64,000 bases of DNA from Squalus acanthias (Eukaryota): the NCBI GenBank assembly GCA_030390025.1, contig CM059425.1, forward strand, positions 166,534,001 through 166,598,000, written 5' to 3'. Under the pieces are notes generated by a model. That model was not told the origin of the DNA, did no database searches, and was given only the letters and a program-made list of their open reading frames with translations. This document shows, one piece after another, positions 51,001-62,660 of this stretch. The position numbers and the translations under genes were made by a program. Within the stretch, counting starts at the first letter, position 1; each line of letters opens with the position of its first letter.

Positions 51001-52365
51001 GCCAAGAAGATCGACAGGATGCAAACCATCCCAAAACCCATTTGACATTTACAGAGCAGTTCCTGGTAGCAGGCCCGCCAAATTCAGACAATGAACTGAA
51101 CAGATTTGGCGGGTAGATAAGGCCATATTCAATGGGTCAGATTGAAGGCCTGTTAAAACCCAGTTAACGTTCTCGTAAATTGTTACCGACTTACCAGCCC
51201 GCCAAAACTAGACAATGAACTGAACAGATTTGGCGGGTAAATAAGGCCACTTCAATTCTGTATAATTGAAGGCCCACCAAGCACACACCGGAGAGCAAGA
51301 AGAAAGAGAACCACTACAGTTCAGCGTTCATTGGGTCGAGCAGTCAGTCGCAACCGGTGGTCATCAGAAGGAGGAGAGACCAAGAAGAAGAAGGCCCGAG
51401 CTGGAAGCGAGTCAGCATCGCTCACCACTCAGACACACCTGAGTCCAGCTCGCGAAGACACCACCTTGACGAACCCCCAACAACGGCCCCAACACAGTCA
51501 CCTTGAGCAACAAGCAGCAACAAGTCACCGACGGCTCCACGAGGTCGACCGACACACCAACCAAGGCCTAAAGCCATCGCGGAAACCAAAGGCCTCACGA
51601 AACCAACAACCGCGCATTACCCCCAACTGACCGGGTAATCGCAGGCCACTGCGACCAACAAAGACCAACTCCAGGGAAGAAAACCCGAAGAATCGCAAAG
51701 TTTTCACACTACAAACTACTCCTGACTTACCCCTGTGTAAGATTTTCCCCAAAGACCCTAAGCCCTACTGCTCAACTAACGAAATTGGGTACTCACCAGA
51801 TAAATCCATAACGACATCCTACCGCATCAGCGGACTCGCGATGACTGACCAGAGACCCAGGTGAAGTCCTCTACCGCGTACGGGGTACGGCAGACACTAA
51901 CCGCCATAAACAGCGAACCCCAAAACCGCGATTTAGCCCAACTGTCAAAGGATTGGTGAGCATTATCCCTGGTCCTTCAAAGCCTAACTTAGCTAGTAAA
52001 GTGGGGTTGGGAGGGGTGAAGTATTGTTCTACTGTCATTTCCCTAGCTTGTACCGAAGTGTTCCCTACCTTTAGAGTGTTAAGAGTGTTATTGTTTGTGT
52101 CTCACCTTTTAATAAAGATTGAAGTTCTTTCCTCAAACTCAGTTGTCTGCTGCACCTTTTGTATCACAACCCCCAAATAAGTCCAAGGTCTAGAACCAAG
52201 GGAGTGGGAGCGGTTCGAACCGCTCAGAAGTCAGAGGTAAAGCTGACACAAAAACACCACCCCCTACATACATGCATCTCTAATTTCCTGTTTGATGCCA
52301 TCCCCAACATTACCACTACTGTTTGGAGGCCTATAGACAACTCCCACCAATGTTTTCTGCCCAAT
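48080..52365 (-). mobile_element. CR1 ORF2 (frameshifted), inserted in the transposase and itself interrupted at 50574-52268
   Basis: ORFs at 48170-48931, 49044-49838 and 50000-50446. GQKTLVGVVYRPPNS lies at 52270-52365. GTCA is repeated at both junctions. Confidence 0.9.
50574..52268 (+). mobile_element. Putative solo LTR (~1.7 kb)
   Basis: Starts TGTAAGG and ends CCCTACA, with TAC on both flanks. CR1 is contiguous across it. It contains 124-bp-period repeats, a TATA-like GTATAA (~51260) and AATAAA at 52111, and has no recognisable coding sequence. Confidence 0.7.
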
Positions 52366-53604
52366 GTCAATGGCACCCTGCACCATGGGGATGCCTGCTA
52401 TGCATGCAAAACCTCGTGCTCGCTCTGCATACTTGTCTCTGGCAAGAGGGAATGAGACAAAAGTGTTTCTCTTTGTATAGAGAGCCTCAGTGACATGCCT
52501 TATGCAGCAGTGCACTATAAACTGTGAGGTATTGCTTATATCTCAAGCAGCAGCCTGAAAGGAGCCAAACACATAAAAGTTAAGTGCCATGGTGACCTTG
52601 ACAGCCACAGGCAATGTTGTCCTTGCCCTGCTTCGAGGCTGCAGCAGTTGGCAGATTTCAGTTACAACCTCTTTTGTGAAGCAAAGACCTCTCATGCATT
52701 GGTCATTGCTGAATTTAATGTTAGAGAATTGCTCCCTGAAGATCCTCTGCGGATATGACCTCCTGCTGAGAGCCCTTCTCCCCCTCCGCCTCCTCCCTCT
52801 TATAGCTGCTTGTCCTGCTCTGCTTGGCCTCACTTCATTCTCCCACTTATGTTCAATTCCAAGAGGATGCCCATGAAGGCTACCCTTGTCAGGAAGCAAC
52901 TTCTTTCAGTACAATACTTTATGTGACAAAAAAAGTACTGCAAGACCAACCAGACCACTCCCTGTAGAGTATTCAAACGTCACCAAAGTATAGGAACGCC
53001 TGCAATTGCATCAGCAGCCAGAAGAAATAATTCAGAAATTAACCTGTAAATATTTAATGATCCCTTTAAAGAGCGCTGGTGGGCGTCCTTCATTCCATTT
53101 AATGTTGTGTTCAGCTGTGCGAGGTTAAGATAAGGCGTTGGCTGGAATGGGGAGTTGGGAAATGGCAGCGTTGATGTCAAATCAGCATTGCACACTCATT
53201 TACATCTTGCACACTTCCCATCAGAAGTGTGCGCGAGCATCTTGAACTTCATTTTCAAGTTTTATGTTGCCACATAGTACCTAAACAACGGGTGCTACCT
53301 GGCCCAATTTAGCCCCCACTATGTTTTAAAGTGCAACATCAGACATTGGTCATCTTTAGGTACCTCGCTAAAATGGCTGATCACCATTTGTGAGCACCTG
53401 ACATTCACACATGTGCATTTAAATCAGGGCTCAGGGAACACTGATGAGCAGGGCCCTGGCCAATTTTTTACTGTCTAATCAAGGGTTCTGAGGACAATTG
53501 TAACATCCCTACTAAGATCAGCTAATTCAGCACAGACCAGGGATTGAACTTCAGACCTCCCTTGTCTGTAAGGCTCAGCTATACATATAACACTTATCTA
53601 TAAT

Positions 53605-55800
53605 GAAGTCCATTTGCCAATTACACACCCATTCTGCAAGTTTATTAATGTCTTCCTGTATTTTGTCACCGTCTTCCTCTGTATAAACTACATCCCCCAA
53701 ATTTGTGTCAGCCACAAATTTTTAAACTGTACTTCCGATTCCCGAGTCCAAATCATTTATGTAAATGGTGAACAACAGTGGTCAAAGCACGGATCCTTGT
53801 GGAACACCACTTCCCACCTTTTTCCAGTCTGAGTAACTACCTTTAATCCTTACTCTCTGGTTTCTGTTTTGTAGCCAGCTTGCTATTCATTCTGCTACTT
53901 GTCCCCTGTCTCCACATATCATCTTTAGGTACTTTGCTAAAATGGTTAATCACCATTTGTAAGCACCTGACATTCACACACGTGCATTTATATCAGGGCT
54001 CAGTGTACAGCACTAATGAGTCTACTATGCAGTACCTTATTGAAGGCCTTTTGTAAATCCAAATATATTGGGCCAGAAATTCGGCTCTCCGGCTTCCCGC
54101 GGGTGCAAGCATCACGCGCGTACTTACCTAGCGCGCCTGCTGTTGTGCTTCAGGCCCGCGTGAAATTCGGCTCCTGGGCCTCCTGCAGCTGCCGGCGCGC
54201 AGTGCTTGTGTATCCCAGGGGCGCAATTAGTTCGAAGCGTCCCCTGGGATCACGTGGGCCATGGAGAGCCAATGGAGAGCAGGGAATCTCCATTCATAGA
54301 TTTTGACAGGAAGACCTGTCAAATCTATGAATAGAGATCGGCCCCAAAACCTCACTAAAACTTCAAGTAAATAAAAAAAAACATCACATTTTTAAAATAA
54401 CTATAAATTACATAAATTAAACTACCTTAAACAAAAATTTAAATTTTTGAAAAAATTAATTACACTTTTTAACGGTGCTAAAAATAAACTTACCTTTCTT
54501 TAAAGTATGTAAAAAAGATAAACCTGTTGAAAAAATGTTTAAATTGTACTTAATTCACCACTTACCTTGTTAAAAGCAGGCCTCGCACCTCCTTTTTTCC
54601 TGCACAGCTTCTCCGTACTTACCCTCACGGAGAAACCTGAAAAAAAAATGAAGTTCGCTGCGTGCGCTGCCTCTCCGGCGCATGCGTTCGACCTCTGAAC
54701 CCCTTCCTTCAGGAGAACGGAAGTTCCGGTTTCCAGCGCATGCGCAGTGCATGCGCGAAACCGGCACTTTCGTTGGGTCTACGGGTGAGTACACAGCCTT
54801 TTCTACCTTTTCTGTTACTTCTTCAAAGAATTCAAAAAGTTTGGTCAAGCAAGACCCTCCCTTTTGAAATCCATGCTGACTAATCTTTATTATATTATCA
54901 GTTTCTAGATGTTTTTCTATTACATTTTTGAGTAAGGATTCCATTATCTTTCCTACCACTGGCATTAAGCTAATTGGTCTATAGTTCCCTGGACTTGTTC
55001 TATCTCCCTTTTTAAATATAGTCCTCTGGCACTATTCCCTTTTCTAATGAATTTTTATATATATGTAATAGTGCCTCTGCTATCTCTTCCCTAACTTCTT
55101 TTAATATGTGTGGATGCAATACATCCGAACCAAAGGTGTTATCCTCTCTAAGTTTGGTTAGTTTCACAATTATCACCCCCATTTCTATCTTAAATGTCTT
55201 TATATCTTTTCTGATCTCTTCTCCTAATGTCATGTCCACCATGTTAGTCTCCCTGGTAAATACTGAGGTAAAGTAATTGTTCAATATTTCTGCCATTTTG
55301 CTGTCATTACCTGTGAATTTATTGTGTATATGCCTTAGTGGCCCTATCCCTATCCTGATTTTTCTTTTATTAATGATGTGTCTGTAGACTTTACTAATTC
55401 TTTTTATATACTTGATAATTTAATTTGCCTTCCTAATGGTATTTTTGACTTCTTTCCTAACCTTCTCATAGTCCCTTTTGTCATATTCTCCTTTGTTGTT
55501 TATGTACTATGCCTTTTACTTTAGTTTCAATTTTGCCCTTAATTCTTTAATCATCCATGGTGTGTCATTACTGGCTAGTTTGTTTTTGTTTTTTAGTGGG
55601 ATATATTTCTGCAGGACTCTATTGATCAACATTTTATATATTTTCTACTGCTGTTCCATTTCTTTGTTTGTCAGTAAATTTTTCCAGTTTATTTTCCCTA
55701 CTTCCATTCTCATTCCCTTAAAATGCAGAGGAAGAAGCTTAGTTCTTACAGTAGCTTTCTTTACTGCTAGAATGCTACTTTTTAAAATCGTATTGTGAAA
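53605..55800 (-). mobile_element. Degenerate CR1 fragment interrupted by an 85-bp local duplication and a MITE
   Basis: VVGKIMESLL, SQHGFQKG.SCLT and LNNYFTSVFT segments. Confidence 0.8.
54070..54799 (+). mobile_element. Harbinger-type MITE, family 3, right TIR lost
   Basis: Starts GGGCCAGAAAT and is collinear with 55990-56715. Internal hairpin TTCATAGATTTTGACAGG aaga CCTGTCAAATCTATGAA. Confidence 0.75.
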
Positions 55801-55989
55801 ATTAAGTACATTATAATATATAGAAGTTATGGCATTCTCCTGTATAAGTCTCTTAATTTACGGTATCAATTTCTGGTCTAAAAACAAAAGCAAAATACTG
55901 CGGATGCTAGAAATCTGAAATAAAAACAGAAAATGCTGGAAATACTCAGCAGGTCAGGCAGCATCTTTGGAGCGAGAAACAGAGTTAAC

Positions 55990-56715
55990 GGCCCAGAAAT
56001 TAGGCTCCCTGGCTTCTCGCGGGTGCAATGATCGCGCGCGCACCTACCTACCGCGCCTGCCGTTCACCTCTGGGCCCACGGGGACTTCAGCTCCTGGGCC
56101 TCCTGCAGCTGCCGGCGTGCAGTGCTTGTGTATCCCAGGGGCGTAGTTAGTGCGATGCGTCCCCTGGGATCACGTGGGCCATGGAGAGCCAATGGCAGCA
56201 GACCATCTTTCATTCATAGGTTTGACAGGACCTGTCAAACCTATGAATTGAAATTGGCCCCAAAACAACACCTAAACTTCAAATAATTTTTTTAAAAAAC
56301 CATCACATTTTTAAAATAACTATAAGTTAAATAAATTAACTACTTTAAACAAAAATTTAAATTTTTGACAAAATTAAAATACTTTTTAACAGTGCTAAAA
56401 ATAAAGTATCTAAACAAGATAAACCTGTTGAAAATGTTTTTAAACTGTAATTAATTAACCGCTTACCTTGTTAAAAACAGGTCTTGCGCCTCCTTTTTAA
56501 AAGCGCAGGTTCTTCAATACTTACCTTCCCGGAGAAACCTGAAAAAAAACCTAAGTTCGCTGCGTGCGCGCAGCCTCTCCCGCGCACGCGGTTCACCTCT
56601 GAACCGCTCCCTTCACGAAACCGGAAGTTCCGGTTTCCCGCGCATGCGCAGTGCATGCAGAAAACCGGCACTTCAGGAGGCCTTACGGGTGAGTACACAG
56701 CCTCATTTCTGGCCC
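55990..56715 (+). mobile_element. Harbinger-type MITE, family 3, complete
   Basis: TIRs are GGCCCAGAAAT and ATTTCTGGCCC, with TSD AAC/AAT. It has an internal hairpin at 56213-56247 and GCGCATGCGC motifs. Confidence 0.8.
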
Positions 56716-56739
56716 AATATTTCAGGTCAATGACCTTTT

Positions 56740-56774
56740 GTTCTGATGAAAGGTCAGCGACCTGAAACGTTAAC
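56740..56774 (+). ncRNA. Minimal hammerhead ribozyme motif
   Basis: GTT-CTGATGA-A-AGGTC agc GACCT-GAAA-CGTT-AAC. Confidence 0.75.
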
Positions 56775-56883
56775 TCTGTTTCTCGCTCCACAGATGCTGC
56801 CTGACCTGCTGAGTATTTCCAGCATTTTCTGTTTTTATTTCTGGTCTAAAAAACCCAAGCTTAATATTACTAAATTACTCCAA

Positions 56884-57057
56884 GGCTGAAATTCTGTTGG
56901 GATTTTACCTGTTTCCCACAGTAACTTCAGCGAGAGACCAGTAGAACCTACCAGGAAACAGTGAAAATGGCCATTCCTGCTGTTTCCCTGGAGTTCTCCT
57001 GGCCTCCCACCAGAGTTATGGTGGGAGACTGGTAAAACCTTTGTAGAATTTCAGGTC
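56884..57057. repeat. Short palindromic MITE-like element
   Basis: Ends are CTGAAATTCT and AGAATTTCAG, and the interior is imperfectly self-complementary. Confidence 0.55.
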
Positions 57058-57745
57058 TCACTTCTCAACTTACCTTCTCTTTTGAATCCTGGCGGCATGG
57101 GCTTTGACTCTTCAACAGTAACTTAAAAATTGCTTCATACTATACTACTTCTTGCTATGGGAAGCTGACAGTTACTGTCTACTGTTATATCCCTGGCAAA
57201 AAAAAAGGACTGAGAAAAACAACAAAATAAAACATGGAAATAGGTAAGAAATCACAATAGGGTAGATTACAGAATTATGTGCCTTGCATGGAGCTATGTG
57301 TGCTGGCAGCGCGAATTTGTAACATTTAATCATGCGTATGTTTCTATAAACTTTATATAGAATAACATATATTGGCATATACTGTAATGCAGTAACCCGT
57401 GTTGCGATGACATTGATAAATGAATCATGTTTTGTTCTCACAGTCTTTGATGTTATCTCAACTCTCAATGTAGGACAGCCTTGTATGGCATTCCTGATCA
57501 GATGTTATCCCACATCAGCTTTCCAATTCTTTGCAGGGTGAATAATATATTTTTTTGGAACAGCTGACATTCCTTTTTCATCTGTTAAGATATTTTGTTG
57601 TGTACAGTTGCTGCATGTTGGAGGTTATTCATGGCCAGCGGCACCAAGTAGCAAGTGCACGGGATTTTCCGTGGGGGTTCTGCTGATCTGATGTCATAAT
57701 TTCAGCAGAAGAAAAATGGAGAAATGGTGTAAATGGCTGTTTATA

Positions 57746-57885
57746 CAAAAAGAAAATACTGCAGATGCTGGAAATCTGAAATAAAAACAGAAAATGCTGG
57801 AAATACTCAGCAGGTCAGGCAGCATCTGTGGAGAGAGAAACAGTGTTAACGTTTCAGGTCGATGACCTTTTGTCAGAACTGGAAA
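57746..57885 (-). mobile_element. Single-arm copy of the 55885 PLE-derived repeat with a decayed hammerhead (CTGACAA core)
   Basis: The minus strand at 57845-57879 reads GTTCTGACAAAAGGTCATCGACCTGAAACGTTAAC. Confidence 0.72.
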
Positions 57886-57902
57886 AGCAGTCTGACAATT
57901 TA

Positions 57903-58765
57903 ACATAAATAGGCCATTTGGCCCCTCGAGCCTGCTCCGCCATTCAATAAGATCATGGCTGATCTTCTACCTCATCTCCACTTTCCTGCACTATCCCCCT
58001 ATCCCTTAATTCCCTTAATATCCAAAAATCTATCGATCTCTGTCTTGAATATACTCAACAACTGAGCCTCCACAGCTCTCTGAGTGAAGAAATTTCTCCT
58101 CATCCCAGTCCTAAATGGCTGACCCCTTATTCTGAGACTGTGACCCCTGGTTCTAGATTCCCCAGCCAGGGGAAACATCCTCCTTGCATCTACCCTGTCA
58201 AGCCCAGTAAGAATATTGTATGTCTCAATGAGATCACCTCTCATTCTTCTAAACTCTGGGGAATATAGGCTTAGTCTATTCAATCTCTCCTCATAGGACA
58301 ATCCCCCCATCCCAGGAACCAGTCTGGTGAACCTTCGTTGCACTCCCTCTATGGCAAGTATATCCTTCCTTAGGTAAGGAGACCAAAACAGTACTCAATA
58401 CTCCAGGTGTGGTCTCACCAGGGCCCTATATAATTGCAGTAAGACGTCTTTACTCTTATACTCAAATCCTCTTGTAATAAAGGCCAACATACCATTTGCT
58501 TTCCCAATTGCTTGCTGTACCTGCATGTTAACTTTCACTGATTCGTGTACAAGGACACCCAGGTCCCTCTGAATACCAACATTTCCCAATCTCTCACCAT
58601 TTACAAAATACTCTGCTTCTCTATTTTTCCTACCAAAGTGGATAACTTCACATTTCTCCACATTATATTCCATTTACCATGTTCTTGCCCACTCACTTAG
58701 CCTGTCTATATCCCCTTGAGGTATCCTTGCATCCTCCTCACAACTTACATTCCCACCTAGCTTTT
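57903..58765 (-). mobile_element. CR1 3' fragment
   Basis: ORFs at 57999-58343 and 58395-58673, plus the 3' UTR. Confidence 0.88.
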
Positions 58766-59530
58766 CAGAGCCAGTGCAGGGGTTGAGAGAGGTGGTGTTG
58801 CGGTAGAGCTGGGTTTCGTCAATGTACATGTGGAAACTGCTGCTGTGTTTTCGGATGATATCGCCGAGGGGCAGCATATAGATGAGAAATAGGAGGGGGC
58901 CATGGATGGATCCTTGGGGGACTCCGGAGGTAACGGTGCGGGAGCGGGAAGAGAAGCCATTGCAGGTGATTCTCTGGCTACGACTGGATAGATAAGAATA
59001 CAACCAGGCGAGTGTAGACCCACCCAGCTGGATGATGGAGGGAAAGTGTTGGAGGAGGATGGTGTCGTCAACTGTGTCAATGGCTGCAGACAGGTCGAGA
59101 AGGACGAGGAGGGATAGTTTACCGCGGTCACAGTCACAAAAGGTGTCATTTGTGACTTTGATAAGAGCTGTTTCAATGCTGTGACAGGGGCAGTAACCTC
59201 TCAATCTTAGTGACAAAGAAGCTCCTTGCACTTGTTGTTGGAGGTGAGGTTTAAGGAGGCAGGGGAAAGGGGTTTAAGAAGATGGTCTGTAGTAGAGAAG
59301 AGAAGCCAGGGGTTATCTTTGCGTAAGCAGTTTTGGCAGAGGAGAGCAAGACCCAATAATGCTTTATGTGGTCAAGGATAAGAGCAGTCTTGTGCACATT
59401 GTACGGCTTTGCCATATAGAGAGGCTTTATCATGCAGTAGGTGGATGAGGAGACCCGACCATGGCCAATAACAGAGCAGGACTTAGAGAATGAGCCAGAA
59501 GAGATGTCTGCTGAAATCAATTCACGACCA
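58766..59530 (-). mobile_element. L2 RT fragment
   Basis: ETALIKVTND, LLDLSAA.DTV and [15 protein letters not shown] motifs. Confidence 0.85.
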
Positions 59531-60914
59531 GAAATATCTGGAAGCCAGGCTCCGATAGATGGTACATTGAATTACATGCCTAATCCACCGAAGCACAACA
59601 CAGTAGCTTAATATATCATCCCCTACATTGTTCTCTGCACTACCTCAATCACCATGGATGTCCATCCTTTAATTTGCTGAAATCTTATTCTGCCCTGTAA
59701 GCTGTAAAATCTTTGATCAAAGTGTAACCAATTTATTTTCTGACAAGTAATAGTTGTAGAGGTTATTAATGTTTCTTTCCCTTGGTACTTCCCCTTGGTG
59801 ACAGTATATTATGGGTCTTGAGTCTATACTTGTGTTCCTTCTCGTTGAACACAGTGAGAAGAGTAAGTGAGGTGGCTGTCTATTGGATATCGGAAGGAGC
59901 CTCTTAGAATGGGGATGATCCTGTGTTTTCTTATGCTGGGTCACGAGATGTCTCTGCTACTGATTGAGCCATGTTTAATGCTGTGATGACTGTCTGTTCC
60001 TGCCTGTTTTCTGACATATCTTGTGCCAATTGAGCTGGGGGATCAGGGGCTGATTCCAGATTGTTGCATTAGGTCAGGTCAGTGCTGGGACTGGAAAATC
60101 TACTCTTAAATGTTTTAAGAGGTGGTTTGCTATGCAACAGAATGAAATGCAAATTAGAGCTCAAGACAGACTTGCGATAGCAGTCAAATTTAATTTTATC
60201 TGATTTTGGGAGGTAGTCCTTAATTTTCGTGAGCCACATCCCTGTTTGGCATAGCTCTTAACCTTTGGACCACCCAATCAAATCTTCCTGTACATGTTTT
60301 TCTCAGCTACCACAATACTGGACATTGCTTGGGAAGCATTATCTGCTCACTCATTACTGTGCCACATCGTAGTTACATTTTTAACTGTTGTGTAATCATT
60401 TCTTGGATTGTGTAGTAGTTGTCAATAGCTTTATCTTTTCATGTTTTATTGGCAGGGATATTTCTATGTATGTCTTGGATTCCAATTCAGATCTTCTGCA
60501 GACACCTGTAGTCGAAGGATATAATTTGATGCAATTGTTGGCTAACAATCCATTTATGTGGCTTCCATTTATATATTGCATGATTGGCAATTGGCTCTTG
60601 AAGGGGATCATAGCTTCAACAACCATTCATTTCCACATGAGCACATGCTTTCTTTCGAACTTGCATTTGCAGTGATTGATTCCATTTGTGTAGTTTATTG
60701 CTTTTAACAATGTTCAAATGTCATGTCTATGCGCATAAATTAAATGAAAAGGTAAAATATAACTCTTACTCTCTGATAGGCTATATCTGTTATGGGGAAA
60801 ACATAGCAGGAGAAGCTTCTATCTTCAGAACTAGTTTTATCTGTTTTATTCATATTGTAAAAGGAATTCTCATAAGAGAAACAGTGTTGCTTAGAGACAG
60901 TGTGAAACATCAAG

Positions 60915-62382
60915 GGGGGAAAAATTCAGTTGATTAGCGCCTCCTGTTAGCGCCCTAAGAGGGCGGCTATGTTTGCGCCGCTCGTGAAATTGACCAGGCA
61001 TTTTGCGGCAGTGTTAAACACTACGGCCACGATCTCCTGCGCTTGCAGATCGTGACGTCAGTCGAGCATGCAATGCCCCGGTAGCACCCTGGACCGGATA
61101 TTGAGGTGCACCCCCTGCCTTTCCGCCTGCCGCTAGCAACGACAGGTAGAGGGGAACGTTTTGCAGTCGGGAAGGGGCTGGGAGAGCGCTATTTAAAGGC
61201 AGCCGCTTCCTGCCTTTTTTTGTCGGCGACATTTTTGCACCACGCATTCTGAGAGAGAGAGAGACCTCTGGAGAGATTCAACGCTGTGTGAAGGAGTTTT
61301 GGGTACTGAGCAGCACTTTGCAGGTTCATTTTGATTTGAGCTTCCTTGCATCGATTCAAAAGAGACTGTGGGGGCTGCACTGATTCGGGACGTCATCCTG
61401 CACCTGCAGAGTGGCAAACATGGCCAGAGGGAGGAGGGCCAACAGGCCTCTGCACAGGAGACCTTACCCTCTGAGGGTATTCAGGGAGCAGTTCTCATAC
61501 CTTTATTTGTCTGAGGAGCAGTGTTTGCGCAGGCTGCGCTTCAGCAAGGAGGTGCACACTGAGCTCTGCTACCTGCTGCAGCCAGATCTGCAGCCTCAAC
61601 TGAGGACCAGGACGTCTCTGTCGCTGGCAGTGAAGGTGACAGTGGCTCTGAATTTGTATGCCAGCAACTCCTTTCAAACATCTACTGGGGACATCGCCAA
61701 TATCTCCCAGTTCGCTGTCCATTGCTGTATCCGGGAGGTGACAAATGCCCTCTATAAAAGGAGACACCAGTACATCTCTTTCCCCATGACCCGGGCCAAA
61801 CAGCATGAACGCGCATGTGGCTTTGCTAGGATAGAGGGCTTCCCCATGGTGCAGGGCGCCATTGACTGCACGCATGTGGCATTGCGGGCACCGCATGAAA
61901 ATGCAGAGGTATTCCGAAACCGCAAGGGCTACCCCTCATTAAATGTGCAGTTGGTCTGTGACCACAGACAGCTGATACTCGCCGTCAATGCCTGCTATCC
62001 TGGCAGTAGCCACGATGCTTTCATCCTGTGCCAGACTGGTGTCCCAGACCTTTTCCAGGCACCACATCACCCAAGTGGATGGCTCCTCGGGGACAAAGGT
62101 TATTCACTCTGCACATGCCTGATGACACCTCTCCGTAACCCCAACACCCCTGCCGAGCTGCGGTATAATGAGAGCCATATCGCCACCAGGAACATAATTG
62201 AGCAGACGATCGGCGTGCTGAAGCAACGGTTCCGCTGTCTGGACCACTCAGGAGGAGCCCTGCAGTACTCTCCTGAGCGAGTCTCCCTCTTCATAGTTAT
62301 GTGCTGCATGCTTCAAAACCTGGCAATCCTCAGGACCCAGCCAATGCCACCAGTGATTGGTGCACCACCTGAGGAGGAGGAG

Positions 62383-62414
<32 letters not shown>

Positions 62415-62660
62415 TGAGGAGGATGATCAGCAGCAGCACCAACATGGGAGGGAGGCGCACAATGTTGCCAATGCAAGGGCCATCCGTGAACAGCTGATAA
62501 GAAGCCGCTTCTAGGCCCCTACTCAGAAGATGGCTTCTGGCATGGAGAACAACATGATGGAAAGCAACTCGCACCCGCTATTGTCGGCCAAAGCTGGAAT
62601 GATTGCAAAGGCCAAACATGTACATTTTGAATAGAACAACTTTTTTCTTTAACAAGCTCT
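60915..62660 (+). mobile_element. Harbinger family-1 copy (left TIR and transposase), interrupted by another copy
   Basis: Starts GGGGGAAAAATTCAG and is homologous to 928-2720. Confidence 0.9.
61411..62514 (+). CDS. Harbinger transposase, open frame with a short N-terminal deletion (first ATG ~61419)
   Basis: GAIDCTHV, WLLGDKGY and RNIIEQTIGVLKQRF motifs, with no internal stops. Confidence 0.85.

Larger units (their letters stand above)
47575..53317 (-). pseudogene. Decayed Harbinger transposase copy (52366-~52900 and ~47575-48079) with a TIR-like end at 53317, split by CR1 and LTR insertions
   Basis: RRSYPQRIFREQFS...VAVKVTMALNFY...IPMVQGAID continues at 48078 (about C.HIALRAPH...[12 protein letters not shown]...[11 protein letters not shown]) to the acidic tract. 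The end reads GGGGGCTAAATTGG on the minus strand. Confidence 0.85.
55885..56836. mobile_element. Short fold-back Penelope-derived element with a hammerhead motif, split by a MITE
   Basis: Inverted arms at ~55917-55989 and ~56769-56840. The long TSD ATTTCTGGTCTAAAAA lies at 55869-55884 and 56837-56852. Confidence 0.75.

Noticed and set aside
58674..59231. L2-CR1 chimeric RT ORF
   Set aside because: It is a chance in-frame junction of two adjacent decayed fragments, and the YADD motif is mutated.
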